A DNA stretch of 64,000 nucleotides. Source: Squalus acanthias. Its lineage: Eukaryota. Location: positions 168,518,001-168,582,000 of the forward strand of contig CM059425.1 of the NCBI GenBank assembly GCA_030390025.1. The letters run 5' to 3'. This document shows positions 47,782 to 60,904 of this stretch, piece by piece (positions within the stretch are counted from its first letter, which is position 1; every line of letters starts with the position of its first letter). The notes beneath the pieces were generated by a model, which had not been told where the DNA came from, did no database searches, and was given only the letters and a program-made list of their open reading frames with translations. A program made the position numbers and the translations under genes.

Positions 47782-50700
47782 AATCAGAATGGTTATAGCA
47801 CAGGAGGAGGCCGTTCGGCTAGTCGAGTCCATGCCAGGTCTCTGCAAGAATACTGTGTGCAGTTCTGGTCGCCACACTATAGGAAGGATGTAATTGCATT
47901 GGAGAGGGTGCAGAGGAGATTCACCAGGATGTTACCTGGGCTGGAGTGCTTCAGCTATGAGGAGAGACTGGACAGGCTGAGGTTGTTTTCCTTAGAGCAG
48001 AGAAGGCTGAGGGGGGACCTGATTGAGGTGTACAAAATTGAGGGGCATAGATAGGGTAGATAGAAAGGAACTTTTCCCCTTAGCAGAGGGGTCAATAACC
48101 AGGGGACATAGTTTCAAGATAAGGGGCAGGAGATTTCGAGGGGATTTGAGGAAAAACTTTTTCATCCAGAGGGTGTTTGGAATCTGGAACTCACTGCCTG
48201 AAAGGGTGGTAGAGGCAGGAACCCTCACAACATTCAAGAAGCATTTGGATGAGCACTTGAAATGCCATAGCATACAAGGCTACGGACCAAGTGCTGGAAA
48301 ATGGGATTAGAATAGAAAGGGCTTGATGGCCAGCGTGGACACGATGGGCCGAAGGGCCTCTTTCTGTGCTGTATAACTCTATGACTCTAAGAGCACTTCA
48401 GCTAGTCCCACTCCCCCGCTCTTTCTCTGTAGCCCTGCAATTTTTTTTCCTTCAGGTACTTATCCCATTCCCTTTTGAAAGCCACGATTGAGTCTGCCTC
48501 CACCATCCTTTCAGGCAGTGCATTCCAGATCCTAATCACTCGCTGCGTAAAAAAGTTTTTCCTCATGTCGCCTTTGGTTCTTTTACCAATCATCTTAAAT
48601 CTGTTTCCTCTGGTTCTCGGCCCTTCCGCCAATGGGAACAGTTTCTCTCTATCTACTCTGTCTAGACCCCTCATGATTTTGAACACCTCTATCAAATCTC
48701 CTCTCAACCTTCTCTGCTCTAAGGAGAACAACCCTAGCTTCTCTAGTCTATCCAGGTAACTGAAGTCCCTCATTCCTGGAACCATTCTCGTAAATCTTTT
48801 CTGCACCCTCTCTAAGGCCTTCACATCCTTCCTAAAGTGTGGTGCCCAGAATTGGACACAATACTCCAGTTGAGGCCGAACCAGTGTTTTATAAAGGTGG
48901 TTCATAACTTCCTTGCTTTTGTACTCTATGCCTCTATTTATGAAGCCCAGTATCCCGTATGCTTTTTTAACCGCTTTCTCAACCTGCCCTGCCACCTTTA
49001 ACGATTTGTAACATATACCCCCAGGTCTTTCTGTTCATGCACCCCCTTTAGAATTGTACCCTTTAATTTATTTTGCCTCTCCTGGTTCTTCCTACCAAAA
49101 TGTATCACTTCGCACTTTTCTGCGTTAAATTTCATCTGCCACGTGTCTGCCCATTTCACCAGCCTGTCTGTCTTGAAGTCTATCACTATCCTCCACACTG
49201 TTCATTATACTTCCAAGTTTTGTGTCATTTGCAGATTTTGAAATTGTGCCCTGTACTCCCACGTCCAAGTCATTAATATATATCAAGAAATGCGACGGTC
49301 CTAGTACCGACCCCTGGGGAACACCACTGTATACCTGCCTCCAGTCCGAAAAACAACCGTTCACCACTACACTGTTTCCTGTCACTTAGTCAATTTCGTA
49401 TCCATACTGCCACTGTCCCTTTTATTCCATGGGCTTCAACTTTGCTGGCAAGCCTATTAAGTGGTACTTTATCAAATGCCTTTTGGAAATCCATGTACAT
49501 CACGTCAACCGCATTGCCCTCATCAACCCTCTGTTACCTCATCAAAAAACTCGATCAAGTTAGTTAAACACGATTTGCCTTTAACAAATCCGTGCTGACT
49601 TTCCTTAATTAATCCACACTTGTCCAAGTGACTGTTAACTTTGTCCCTGATTATCGTTTCTAAAAGCTTACCCACTACCGAGGTTAAACTGACTGGCCTG
49701 TAGTTGCTGGGTTTATCCTTACACCCTTTTTTGAACAAGGGTGTAATATTTGCAATTCTCCAGTCCTCTGGCACCATCCCCGTAACTAAGGAGGATTGGA
49801 AGATTATGGCCAGTACCTCTGATTTCCTCCTTAACCTCCCTCAGCATCCTAGGGTGCATCCCATCCGGTCCTGGTGACTTACCAACTTTAAGTACAGTCA
49901 GCCTTTCTAGTACCTCCTCTTGATCAATTTTTATCTCATCCAGTAACTCCACTACCCGCTCTTTCACTGTGACTTTGGCAGCATCATCTTCCTTGGTGAA
50001 GACAGATGCAAAGTACTCATTTAGTACCTCAGCCATGCCCTCTGCCTCCATGCGTAGGTCTCATTTTTGGTCCTTAATCAGCCCTACCCCATCTCTTACT
50101 ACCTGTTTATTTATATGCTTATAGAAGACTTTTGAATTCCCTTTTATGATAGCTGCCAATCTATTCTCATACTCTTTCTTTGCCCCTCTTATTTTCTTTT
50201 TCACTTCCCCTCTGAACTTTCTATATTCAGCCTGATTCTCACTTGTATTCTCAACCTGACATCTGTCATACGAGCTCTTTTTCTGCTTCAACTTACTCTC
50301 TATCTCATTCATCATCCAGGGAGCTCTGGCTTTCGTTGCCCTACCTTTCCCCCTCATGGGAATGTACCCCGACTGTAGCCGAACCATCTCCTCTTTAAAG
50401 GCAGCCCATTGTTCGATTACAGTTTTGCCTGCCACTCTTCGAATACAATTTACCCGGGCCAGATTCGTTCTCAACCCACTGAAATTTGCCTTCTTCCAAT
50501 TAAGTATTTTTACTCTAGATTGCTCCTTGTCTTTTTCCATAGCTAATCTAAACCTTATGATACTGTGATCCCTGTTCCCTAAATGTTCCCCTACTGACAC
50601 TTGCTCCACTTGACCTACCTCATTTCCCAGAACCAGAACCAGATCCAGCAATGCCTCCTTCCTCGTTGAACCAGAAACGTACTGATCAAGAAAATTCTCC

Positions 50701-50870
50701 TGAACACACTTCAGAAATTCTTCCCCCTCCCTGCCCTTTACACTATTACTATCTCAGTCTATATTAGGATAATTGAAGTCCCCCCATTATTACTACTCTA
50801 TAGTTCTTGCACCTCTCTGTAATTTCCCTGCAACATTTGTTCCTTTATATCTTTCCCACTAGTTGGTGGC
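47782..50870 (-). mobile_element. CR1 LINE of about 2.5 kb, spanning the endonuclease end, RT and 3' UTR; frameshifted
   Basis: Minus-strand ORFs 50061-50651 (LDLVL..HLGNRDH), 49719-50051, 49523-49777, 49125-49385 and 48402-48995; the 3' tip at 47782-47849 is displaced by an insert. Confidence 0.93.
47850..48388 (+). mobile_element. CR1 3' fragment inserted antisense into the 3' UTR of another CR1
   Basis: [21 protein letters not shown] is duplicated at 47846-47849 and 48389-48392. Confidence 0.9.
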
Positions 50871-51747
50871 CACTTCCAATTATTGCATCAGAATAAAATA
50901 GGGCATGTTTTTCTGAGTTAAGCTGGTTTTTAACTGTGACAGAAATCCAAGGTAATACCATGACAGACACTAGACAAAATAAAAATCTAGCTCCAAGGAC
51001 TGCCAATGCCACTTTGGTATGCGAGAGTGGCCCCAGGATGAATCTGATATCTTTACATCTCTGTGAGGATGTACTTGGCCTCTGCTCGCTGCTTTCTCAC
51101 AAAAATGTGAAATTAGAAATTCATGAACATGGGAAGTCATGTGCACAACCCACTGCTCTGTGACACTATGTTGGTGCTCTGGTAATCTCTGTTATTACCC
51201 TAAATATTCAAGTTTTCATAGTATAGGATTTCTGCTGTTTGCTGCTTATAGTAAAATCAAACACGTGTATGAAAGACACATTGATTTTTCTATGAACAGC
51301 AAACAGCAGAAATCTTCTCCCTAAATGTGATTTGTATAGTTCACACTGAGTGCTTAATTATTTCCTGTGTGACTTCCCCTGTTCATATCTTTGTTATTAG
51401 GCTCATTAAGTGGAGAACTTCACATGGTATAGTCAACATTGTACGTAGTCCAATACACTTCAATAATGCTGCGGCATCTTAGTATCCTATCTGTGCCTTG
51501 CTATCGCTAGCAATGAGATATAGTCCCTTTCATACTAAGGGAGGCTGAGTTTATGCATATTGCTCAGCAAGAGCAACTTTGGTGATTCTAAAGTGTTTTC
51601 ACTCTCCCTAAGGAATATAAGTAAACTCTGCCTCCATTCATTTGAAACTGACTCTCAACCTAGAGAGATAATGAGAGACTGAGAAAGGACACAAAGTAAG
51701 AAAACAAAAGGGAAAGAAATAATTAATAGGGAAAGTAAAGCAAATAA

Positions 51748-52501
51748 TAGTGCCAGGCAATGACTATCTTCAACAAGCGAGTCTAACCACTTCCTCTTGA
51801 CGTCCAACGGCATTACCATCGCCGAATCCCCCACCATCAACATCCTGGGGGTCACCATTGACCAGAAACTTAACTGGACCAGCCACATAAATACTGTGGC
51901 TACAAGAGCAGGTCAGAGGCTGGGTATTCTGCAGCAAGTGTCTCACCTCCTGATTCCCCATCATCTACAAGGCACAAGTCAGAAATGTGATGGAATACTC
52001 TTCACTTGCTTGGATGAGTGCAGCTCCAACAACACTCAAGAAGCTCGACACCATCCAGGACAAAGCAGCCCACTTGATTGGCACCCCATCCACCACCTTA
52101 AACATTCACTCCCTCCACCACCGGCACACCGTGGCTACAGTGTGTACCATCTACAAGATGCACTGCAGCAACTCGCAAAGGCTTCTTCGACAGCACCTCA
52201 AACTCGCGACCTCTACCACCTAGAAGGACAAGGGCAGCAGGGGCATGGGAACACCATCACCTGCAAGTTCCCCTCCAAGTTGCACACCATCCTGACTTGG
52301 AAATATATCGACGTTCCTTCATCGTTGCTGGGTCAAAATCCTGGAACTCCTAACCTAACAGCACTGTGGGAGTACCTTTACCATAAGGACTGCAGCGGTT
52401 CAAGAAGGCAGCTCACCACCTTCTCAAGGGCAATTAGGGATGGGCAATAAATGCTGGCCTTGCCAGCGACGCCCACATCCCAGGAATGAAATTTTAAAAA
52501 A
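51748..52501 (+). mobile_element. LINE family C 3' fragment
   Basis: INILGVTIDQKLNWTSHI and the same 3' end as 27078. Confidence 0.85.
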
Positions 52502-53171
52502 TCCCTGGGGGTCCATAGAGACTTTCCAGGGGTTCCGCGAAATAATGTGATATTTATTGCGTGAACTTTTCCCGAACCAGTTGCGTGGAATAATCTTGGA
52601 TCATTAATCATAGAAGGAGGCCATTCGACCCATCATGTCTGTGCAGGCTGAAAAAGAGCTGTCGTGCATAATCCCACTTTCCAGCTCTTGGTCAATAGCT
52701 TTGTAGATTACGGCACTTCAAGTGCATATCCAAGTACTTTTTAAATGTGATGAATGTTTCTACCTCTACCACCTTTTCAGGCAGAGTGTTCCAGATTCCC
52801 ACCACACTCTGGGTGAAAAAAGCTCTCAACTCCCATCTAATCTTGAACTAGTGGCTTAACTAGTGTTTTATACAGTTCAAGAATAACCTCCCTGCTTTTA
52901 TATTCTATGCCTCTGCTAATAAAGGAAAGTATCCCGTATGCTGCCTTAACCACCTTATCTACCTGTCCTACCTTCAGGGATCTGTGGACATGCACTCCAA
53001 GGTCCCTCTGTTCCTCTACATTTCTCAGTATCCTACCATTTATTGTGTGTTCCCTTGCTTTGTTAGCCGTCCCCAAATGCAGTACCTCACACTTCTCCAG
53101 ATTGAATTCCATTTGCCACTTTTCTGCCCACCTGACCAGTCCATTGATAGCTTCCTGCAGTCCACAGCTTT

Positions 53172-53336
53172 CACAGAATCAGAATCCCCACAATGCAGAT
53201 AGAGGCCATTTCGGCCCATCGAGCCTGCACCGACACATATCCCACCCTATCCCCGTAACCCCACGTATTTAATCCCCCTGACACTAAGGGTCAATTTATC
53301 ATAGCCAAATCAACCTAACCCGCACATCTTTGGACT
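53172..53336 (-). mobile_element. HE1/V-SINE-like 3' fragment
   Basis: The minus strand reads AGTCCAAAGATGTGCGGGTTAGGTTGATT..GGCTATGATAAATTGACCCTTAGTGTC, with a CR1-like tail; it interrupts the CR1 RT. Confidence 0.65.
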
Positions 53337-54644
53337 TTCTTCCTCACTATCAACCACATGGTCAATTTTTGTATCATCTGCAAACTTCTTAATCACGCAC
53401 CCAACATTGAAGTCTAAATCAATGATGTATACCACAAAAAGCAAGGGACCTAATACGGAGCCCTGCAGAACCCCACTGGAAGCAGCGTTCCAGTCACACA
53501 CACATCTGTCGACCATTACCCTTTGCTTCCTGCCACTGAGCCAATTTTGGATCCAACTTGCACTTTCCCTTGGATCCCATGGGCTTTTACTTTTCTAACC
53601 AGTCTGCCATGTGGGACCTTGTCAAAAGCCCTGCTAAAATCTATGTAGACTACATCAAACGCACTACCCTTATCGACCCTCCTTGTTACCTCAAAAAATT
53701 CAATCACTTTCATCAGACACAACCTTCCCTTAACAAATCCATGCTAACTGTCCTTGATTAATCCATGCCTTTCTAAGTGACGATTAATACTGTCCCTCAG
53801 AATTTTTTTTAACAATTTGCCCACCACTCAGGTTAGGCTGACTGGCCTGTAATTACTCGGTCTATCCCTTTCTCACTTTTTAAACAATGGTACAACGTTG
53901 GCAGTCCCCCAGCACCACACCTGTAGCCAGAGAGGATTGAAAAATGATGGTCAGATCCTCTGCTATTTCCTTCCTTGCTTCTCTTAACAGCCTGGGATAC
54001 ATTTCATTAGGGCCTGGCGATTTATCCACTTTCAAAGATGCTAAACCCCTTAATACTTCCTCTCTCACTATGTTTATCTCATCTAATATTTCACACTCCT
54101 CCTCCTTAAAGACAGTGGCCTAGAAATTCACGTGGCCGGCTTGCCGCGGGGGTAAGGATCGCGCGCGCTCTTACCCACCGCGCCTGCCGTTGTGTTTTGG
54201 GCCCACAGGAACTTCGGGTCCTGGGCCTCTCCCTAGTGCCAGCGCGCAGTGTGCGCGTGTTCCAGGGGCGCAGTTAGTGCGATGCGACCCCTGGGATCAC
54301 GTGGGCCATGGAGAGCCAATGGCAGCAGACCATCTTTCATTCATAGATTTGACAGGAGACCTGTCAAATCTGTGAATTGAAATCGGCCCCAAAAGAACAG
54401 CTAAACCTCAAATAAATTTTTAAAAAACCATCACATTTATAAAATAACTATAGTTAAATAAATTAACCACTTTAAACAAAAATTTAAATTTTTGAAAAAA
54501 TTAAAATACTTTTTAAAAGTTATAAAAATAAATTTACCTTTCTTTAAAGTATCTAAAAAAGATAAACCTGTTGAAAAAAATTTAAAATTATACTTAATTA
54601 ACTACTTACCTTGTTCAAAAGGGGTCTTACGCCTCCTTTTTACT

Positions 54645-54785
54645 GATGCGGAGATGCCGGTGTTGGACTGGGGTGGACAAAAATGAGAAGTCGCACAACA
54701 CCAGGTTATAGTCCAACAGTTTTATTTAAAATTACGAGCTTTCGGAGCTGCTGCTCCTTCGTCAGGTAGAGGTACAGTGAGGGAA
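54645..54785 (-). mobile_element. Solo 141-bp PLE family A terminal repeat
   Basis: Homologous to 18027-18118; 11-bp TSD TCCTTTTTACT at 54634-54644 and 54786-54796; absent from the sister MITE. Confidence 0.92.
54733..54768 (-). ncRNA. Minimal hammerhead ribozyme, family A, intact core
   Basis: The minus strand reads TAC-CTGACGA-A-GGAGC-AGCA-GCTCC-GAAA-GC-TC-GTA. Confidence 0.8.
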
Positions 54786-56140
54786 TCCTTTTTACTAGCG
54801 TAGAATCTTCCATACTTACCCTCGCGTTGAAACCTGAAAAAAAATCTAAGTGTGCTGCGTGCGCGCAGCCTCTACCGTGCACGCGGTTCACCTAGGAACC
54901 GCCCCCTTCATAACGGAAGTGCCGGTTTCCCGCGCATGCGCAGTGCATGCAGGAAACCGGCACTTCGGGAATGAATACGGGTGAGTACGCACTGAGTACT
55001 CACCCGAGAACGGCCGAATTTTTGGGCCAATATCTGCATAGTCCTTCTCTTGTGAAGACAGACGCAAAATATTCATTAAGAACCATACCCATGTCTTCCT
55101 TTTAGGTCTCTAATAGGCCCCAATCTTTCTTTAGTTATCCTCTTGCTCTTTATGTATTTATAAAACATCTTTGGGCGAGTTGAAACCGCTGCTGGGCCGA
55201 ATCAAACCGAAATCCCGTTACCGCAGCAGCAGTGATTTATGTGCCGGAAAGCTGTGGAAAAGTTGTGCGGTGGAGAGAGCGGGGCTGTTGGAGACCTGGG
55301 GCCCGACAGGTTTCCCGGCTGTTGTTTTTTGGGGGGAAGGGAGCGGAAAGTTCGGGTTCGCATGTCACTGGCTGGAGACGGTAGGGTGCGGATTGGCTGA
55401 GAGCTGGAAATGCAAGAACTTGTTCCTGACCCGCTGGGAAGGCCCTGACTCTGAAAAGAATAAGTTTGTTTGTTTGTGGCTGTCGGCGGATGGGTGTGAA
55501 GCAGACGATCCCAATCACTCAATCAGCTGTATATTTTGGGATGTTTTTTTCGGCTTGAGTTCTTTTTAATTTCACTTCTTTAGCTCTTTAGCATTGAATT
55601 AAAATTGAGGCTTTTGCGAATTTCAAATTATGTTTTTTAAAAAAAAAGGTTTGAATTAAAATTCGTAGATGAGCAGTAGTTTTTAGGACAGTACTTAAAA
55701 TTATGTAACAAGTAGGAAAGTGAACAACAGGCGCAGCTTTAACTAAATTTTCAAACATCACACCGAGGATAGACAGACTGCCGCGAGAAGCAGGCACACC
55801 CATCTCTGATATCTATAAGTAAATACCTGTTTTCTGAAAAGCATTGTTAAAACACTCTTTACATGCAGCACTTTCATATTATGAGTATTATATAGTATTA
55901 TCATTTAGATGGGGGGGGGGTCTGTGATTACTAATCGATTTGAAAAGGGGTCCTTTAACCAAAGAAGTTTGAGAACCACTGCCCTAGAGGACATGATAAA
56001 GTGTGATGGGAAGTAAGTGTGATGCTTATAGGGAATGTACACTATATGCAAGACTTTTAATATAATAGATGATGAAGCCACTGAAATTTATTCTTGCAAC
56101 CAATTTCAAGTGAGAATTATGAACTATCTGCGCTTGTAGC

Positions 56141-56290
56141 CAATGTTTCCGCTAAGCTGTGCGGCCGCAATGTGGTCTGGAGGTCCTGCACAAGCCGCTC
56201 ACTGGCTTTTCTATGGGAGAAACCGCGCATGCGCAGAAATTTGAATAGGCCACGCAGCCACTTAAAGGGGCCGTGCACCCAACAAAAACT
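56141..56290 (+). mobile_element. Short hAT-like MITE fragment
   Basis: Begins CAATGTTTCCGCTAAGCTGTGCGGC; GC-rich patch in AT-rich DNA; right TIR not seen. Confidence 0.4.
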
Positions 56291-57263
56291 GAGTGCTTGT
56301 AGCACTTACATTCTTGTAGCAAAATGACGTTGCTTTGAATGGGTTTCAGAAATGAATGTAACTTGTATTTTAGCTGTGATATTTTAAAGGCCAGGGAATA
56401 AAAGCGGTGTGTCAGGCCTGACCTTCACTTTTGCTCATCAGGTGTGCAGGTGTGTTTTTGTGACATTTTCTGTGAAGTCTTTGCTAGAGACTTCAGTTGT
56501 GACTAAATAAATGTAATTACCTGTGCGTGTTGACAATGAACAGTATTCGTCATTCAGTGTTCTTAATGGAACTATAGCTGCACTCTTCACATTCATCATA
56601 ATCAATTTTCCTTTTACATTTTCTAGCTCAAGGTTGACTTGATCCAGTAGTACGAATAAGGTACCATCTGACAAAGCCTATTTTCTAGAAGAGACATTTG
56701 GATAAAATGAGACATACTGACATTTAATGTTGCAAGATAGTTTTATAGCGCTATGGGTTATCACTCCAGGTAAACTTTATGACTAAGAATTATTAGAAAA
56801 GAGAAAAATATTAAATAAAAACTTTATACGGCTATAAAATCAAATTTTTTCATGGTTGCTACTCCTGATCGTTGGTCATTGGCCTAATTGGAAAGTGCAT
56901 TAAGTGGATTACGGACAGGATTAAGCCCAACAGTGAGGTCTTTCATGGGTTGAATAGGCTGCCAGCATTCATTGTCTTGGTTCACACATGATTATTAGTC
57001 ATTTGGCCTGGTTACTGGAGGGCTGCCTGAAAATGTACCTGTACCTGTTTGTGCGCGCACACAGAAACGCATACACATTTTACTTAATTTAAACTTAGCT
57101 TGAATAAAATTTTGAAATTTGCCCTCTAGCTTTTCTTCTGACAATTTTGCAAAATAATTCAACTGAAATGGCTAGAAGCTAAACAAATGTATTCTGGCAA
57201 TCTGCTGACTAAATGGCCCTAATGCATCCTGGAAAATTGGGTACACTGCACATACTTAGACTT

Positions 57264-58028
57264 GGCCCAGAAATTAAACAGTGAGTGTCAACGCGGGGGT
57301 AAGGCTTCCCCGCGATATCTCACTCCGCGCCTACCTTTTTCCTCCGGGCCCACACGAACTTTAGTTTCAAGGCCAGTCCCACATGCAGCTGTGCAGTGCT
57401 TGTGTGACCCAGAGACGCAATTAGTTCGTGCGAGCTCTGGGATCACGTGATTCAGTTAGAGCCAATGGCATCACACCATCTTTCATTCATAGTTTTAACA
57501 GCAAGGGCTGTCAAAGCTATGAATCCTACACACCCCCAAAAGAACAGCTAAACCTCAATTAAATAAAAAAAAAAGCCATCACATTAATAAAATAAGTATA
57601 GTTAAATAAATTAACCACTTTAAACAAAAAATTAAATTTTTGAAAATATTTTAAATCTTTTTAAAATTTATAAAAATAAACTTACCTTTCTTTAAAGTCT
57701 CTAAAAAAAAAGATAAACCTGTTGAAAAAAATTTAAAATAATACTTAATTAACTACTTACCTTGTTAAGAGGGTCTTACGCCTCCTTTCTTTATGTGTAA
57801 AATCTTCCATGCTTACCTGCGCGTTCATAGCTGCAAAAATAACTGAGTGCACTGCGTGCGCGCAGCCTGTAGCGCGCACGCGGTTCACTTAGGAACCGCC
57901 CCCTTTTGAATTCACGAAGTGCCGGTTTCCCGCGCATGCGCAGTGCATGCAGGAAACCGGCAATTGGAGACCTAAAACGCGAGAGTACACAGTGCGTACT
58001 CTCGCGTATTAGGTCTAATTTTCGGGCC
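57264..58028. mobile_element. Hairpin-rich MITE, copy 2
   Basis: TIRs GGCCCAGAAATT / AATTTTCGGGCC; colinear with copy 1. Confidence 0.85.
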
Positions 58029-60514
58029 AATATGTATTCAGCTAACAGTCACAGCTCTGGACAAAATATCTAGTCTCGGCCCAGGTTTTTGGCTGAGGCC
58101 TTGAAGTAAAAATTTTAATGAAGGCATTTAAAAACACACAAGACAATTCAATTCATAAATTTAATTGTTATTGGAAAATATAATTTTTTGAATTTTGAAA
58201 ATTTTGTTTAAAACCTTATTCTGTAGATTAGAAATTTCAGTTACTGAGGAAAAGAATGACTTTTAGAAAACATTTTGTGATAATACAGCACTACATGATG
58301 GCATTATAGGGAGAAAGGGAGCTGTGACAGGTAAAACTTGAGATTAACTTTGCAACTCTTATTAGAGGGCCACCTACAACTGTTACATGGAAACGAAACA
58401 GGTAAGTGTGGATATTTTAACATTGAAGTTTCCATAGGAAATGTTTACAGAGTAGTTTCCAATGGAGCATGTGATTTATGAAAGAATTTTATTATAGATG
58501 AATTGAATACTTTGATACTTGCACTTATCTACTGAAGTGACACTAGTTTGGATGTTGCGGTAGCATTGTCCTAAAGAGTGAGTTCATAACGTTACTGCAA
58601 TTATTTTGTACGGCTTCACTTATTAGTTACAGTACAAGTTAATTAACATCAAAAAAGCTGGTTAAGGGATATCTCCTCAGGCATGGATTAATTTCCTAAA
58701 TACTCTAATGGAAAAATTGAGTTTATAGAGACAATTTAGATGTGTGCTATTGCTTTCTATATTAGCCAGTACTTTTAAGTGATCTGTATATTTATCAATA
58801 ATCTTTGATATACTGTTCTTTATGCCCATATATTGTAACAGATTTTAGTAAAAATGCAATACAAACTGAAGTGAACTCAGAGCACTCGCACCTTTTTGCA
58901 CATTGTAAACCTGCTTCCACTGGGTGTTAAAGGACTATACTATATCTTTAACTGGTTTTAGTGGATAAATGAACAACTTGGTGTTTGTCACTAGGCCACA
59001 ATATTTGAGTTGTGTGTTTCATATGTGCTATGATTGTTTTCCAGCTGCTGATGAGGGGAGAATTTATATCTATGCTGCTACATTTCTTTTTATTCTCTAT
59101 GCCTGAATTTTTTTTTAACAATTCTCTTGAGATACCTCAGTGACTGTCTTCTGAAAATCTATATACACTACATCGACTGCTTTCCCTTTGTCTAATTAGA
59201 CACCTCTTCAAAAAAATAATCCTATTACATTTGCCAAGCATACTTGCTTTTAACAAATTAATGCTGGCTGTCCCTGATAAACGCATACACATCAGGCTTG
59301 ATTTTGCGGGGGCTCAGCGGGCACGATTGGTGGCGGGCACGATTGGTGGCGGGTCGGGTGGGAAAGTGTTTTTTTCCCCCCCAGCGGGTCGGGACCCCGC
59401 TGTGAACCCGCCGCCACGTGCCTTTACCAAACGTCGGGTCTGCCAGCGCTAAGCAGACCTGACAAGCAGTGGCGGGGGAGGAAATTAAAATCATTAGTGG
59501 CTTGTTTACAGCCACGTAACAGTGTTTTTTTCCCAGCTTTTTGAATTTGACAAGTCGCCCACCGGTTTCCCACTGTGCCGAGACCTCGTCTGTGAAGCTG
59601 AGGCAGAAGGTTAGTGGCCATTAAATCAGCTGATAAGTTGACAGCTTCAAATGTCAAGTCAAAGCTCTTTGTTCCCTTAACCACTAGCTTCTCTAAACTG
59701 CATTTCCACTACAGATTCAAAATTGCAGCAAGTCTTTACACAAGTCTCTATCCAGTCTGACCTCATTACCTCTCCCACCATTGACAGGTCGCTTCTGTCA
59801 TCTCTACTTCAACTGCCATCTATTCCATCAGCATGGGTGCCCTTGAAACACTCTCACTTTGGTCCTCAGAATCCCACCATGATCACCAGGCACACCAACA
59901 ACACCAACCTTCTCCGCAATCAACTGATGCTGAACAGGACACGGCATCAGCACCCGAGCACATTGCTGCCCGGGAGGCCAGGGATGGCCTCACCATGGCC
60001 AGATTTACTTCACTTGACGCTGTACACCCTGGCTGCCACATGGTGTGCCAGGTTGGCACCACCCCACAGCAATAGCATAAAGCATCCCTACAATGCCCAA
60101 GCCATTCCTTTCACATTAATCACCATTGCGGGGGTACCGTTATGTCTCACCATTCACTGCAACTCACTAAGCCACTTCCAAAGGTGCACACAAATCTGTC
60201 CAAGAACGCAAAGTGTTAAAAATAAAGGTTTCAATGTTTGACACCACATTAACAGAAACTTCACATGAACATTGCATAAAACACCCAATTGGCTACCCGT
60301 GTGTTGTTAATTGGTATGATTGTACTAGGATGAGGATGAGTGTGAGGGGTGGCTAGTGAGATGGGGATGTGATAATGTAGATAGAGAGGGATGGGTGGAA
60401 GTGCGAGGTAAGTTGGTGTGAGTAAGGATGTGCAGGAGTAGGGTAGGGAAGGCAGAGTGATGGGGATGTGATGAGAGGCACAGCAGGATGAGGTTGAGTG
60501 TGGCTTTGTACGAA

Positions 60515-60780
60515 CGTTTCGTGATCTACTGAGATCATTGAAACGTTTCCGGCACTGTAGCCTGGTCGTCCTGACGACATCCCTGCTTGTGCCCTCCTGT
60601 ACAATGTGCAACCAGGCTGTGTTGATCTCCTAGGGAGGTCTCTTCCGCCCATGGGAAGGGAAGAGGACCTCCCTGCGTGCTGTGACTCCCTCCATAAGCA
60701 TATGGAGGGAGTCATGGGAGAGCCTGGGTGCAGCCGTGCAGCTCTGTGCAGTGCTTGTCGGTGTTTGCAGCACCTCAATG
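60515..60780 (-). pseudogene. Harbinger Myb/SANT-like DNA-binding protein remnant
   Basis: APRLSHDSLHMLMEGVTARREVLFP..*..AWLHIVQEGTS..RTTRLQCRKRFNDL, with an in-frame stop. Confidence 0.7.
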
Positions 60781-60904
60781 CTGTAGAACATTGACAGCAC
60801 AAATGTCAAAGTAATGTTGGCCATGGCCCCTTTAAGGAAACTGGCTGATGACACGTCATCAAATGATGTCACCAGACCCGCTTCATCTAATTGGCTGGGA
60901 AACG

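Larger units (their letters stand above)
54117..55028. mobile_element. Hairpin-rich MITE, copy 1 (Harbinger-group-like)
   Basis: TIRs GGCCTAGAAATTC / GAATTTTTGGGCC; colinear with 57264-58028. Confidence 0.85.
52605..55170 (-). mobile_element. CR1 LINE with an internal deletion, interrupted by a SINE fragment and a MITE
   Basis: Minus-strand ORFs 52837-53112, 53310-53516 (SGVLQGSVLGP, FADD), 53516-53722 and 53880-54068. Confidence 0.88.
52502..55981. mobile_element. hAT/Charlie-like non-autonomous element, left TIR missing, interrupted by a CR1
   Basis: The right end GTTTGAGAACCACTG is followed by CCCTAGAG (Charlie-type target); GGGGGTCC subterminal motifs at 52505 and 55946. Confidence 0.55.

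Noticed and set aside
54932..57941. Exact 3000-bp offset between the two MITE copies
   Set aside because: The flanks are unrelated, so these are independent insertions and the round number is coincidence.
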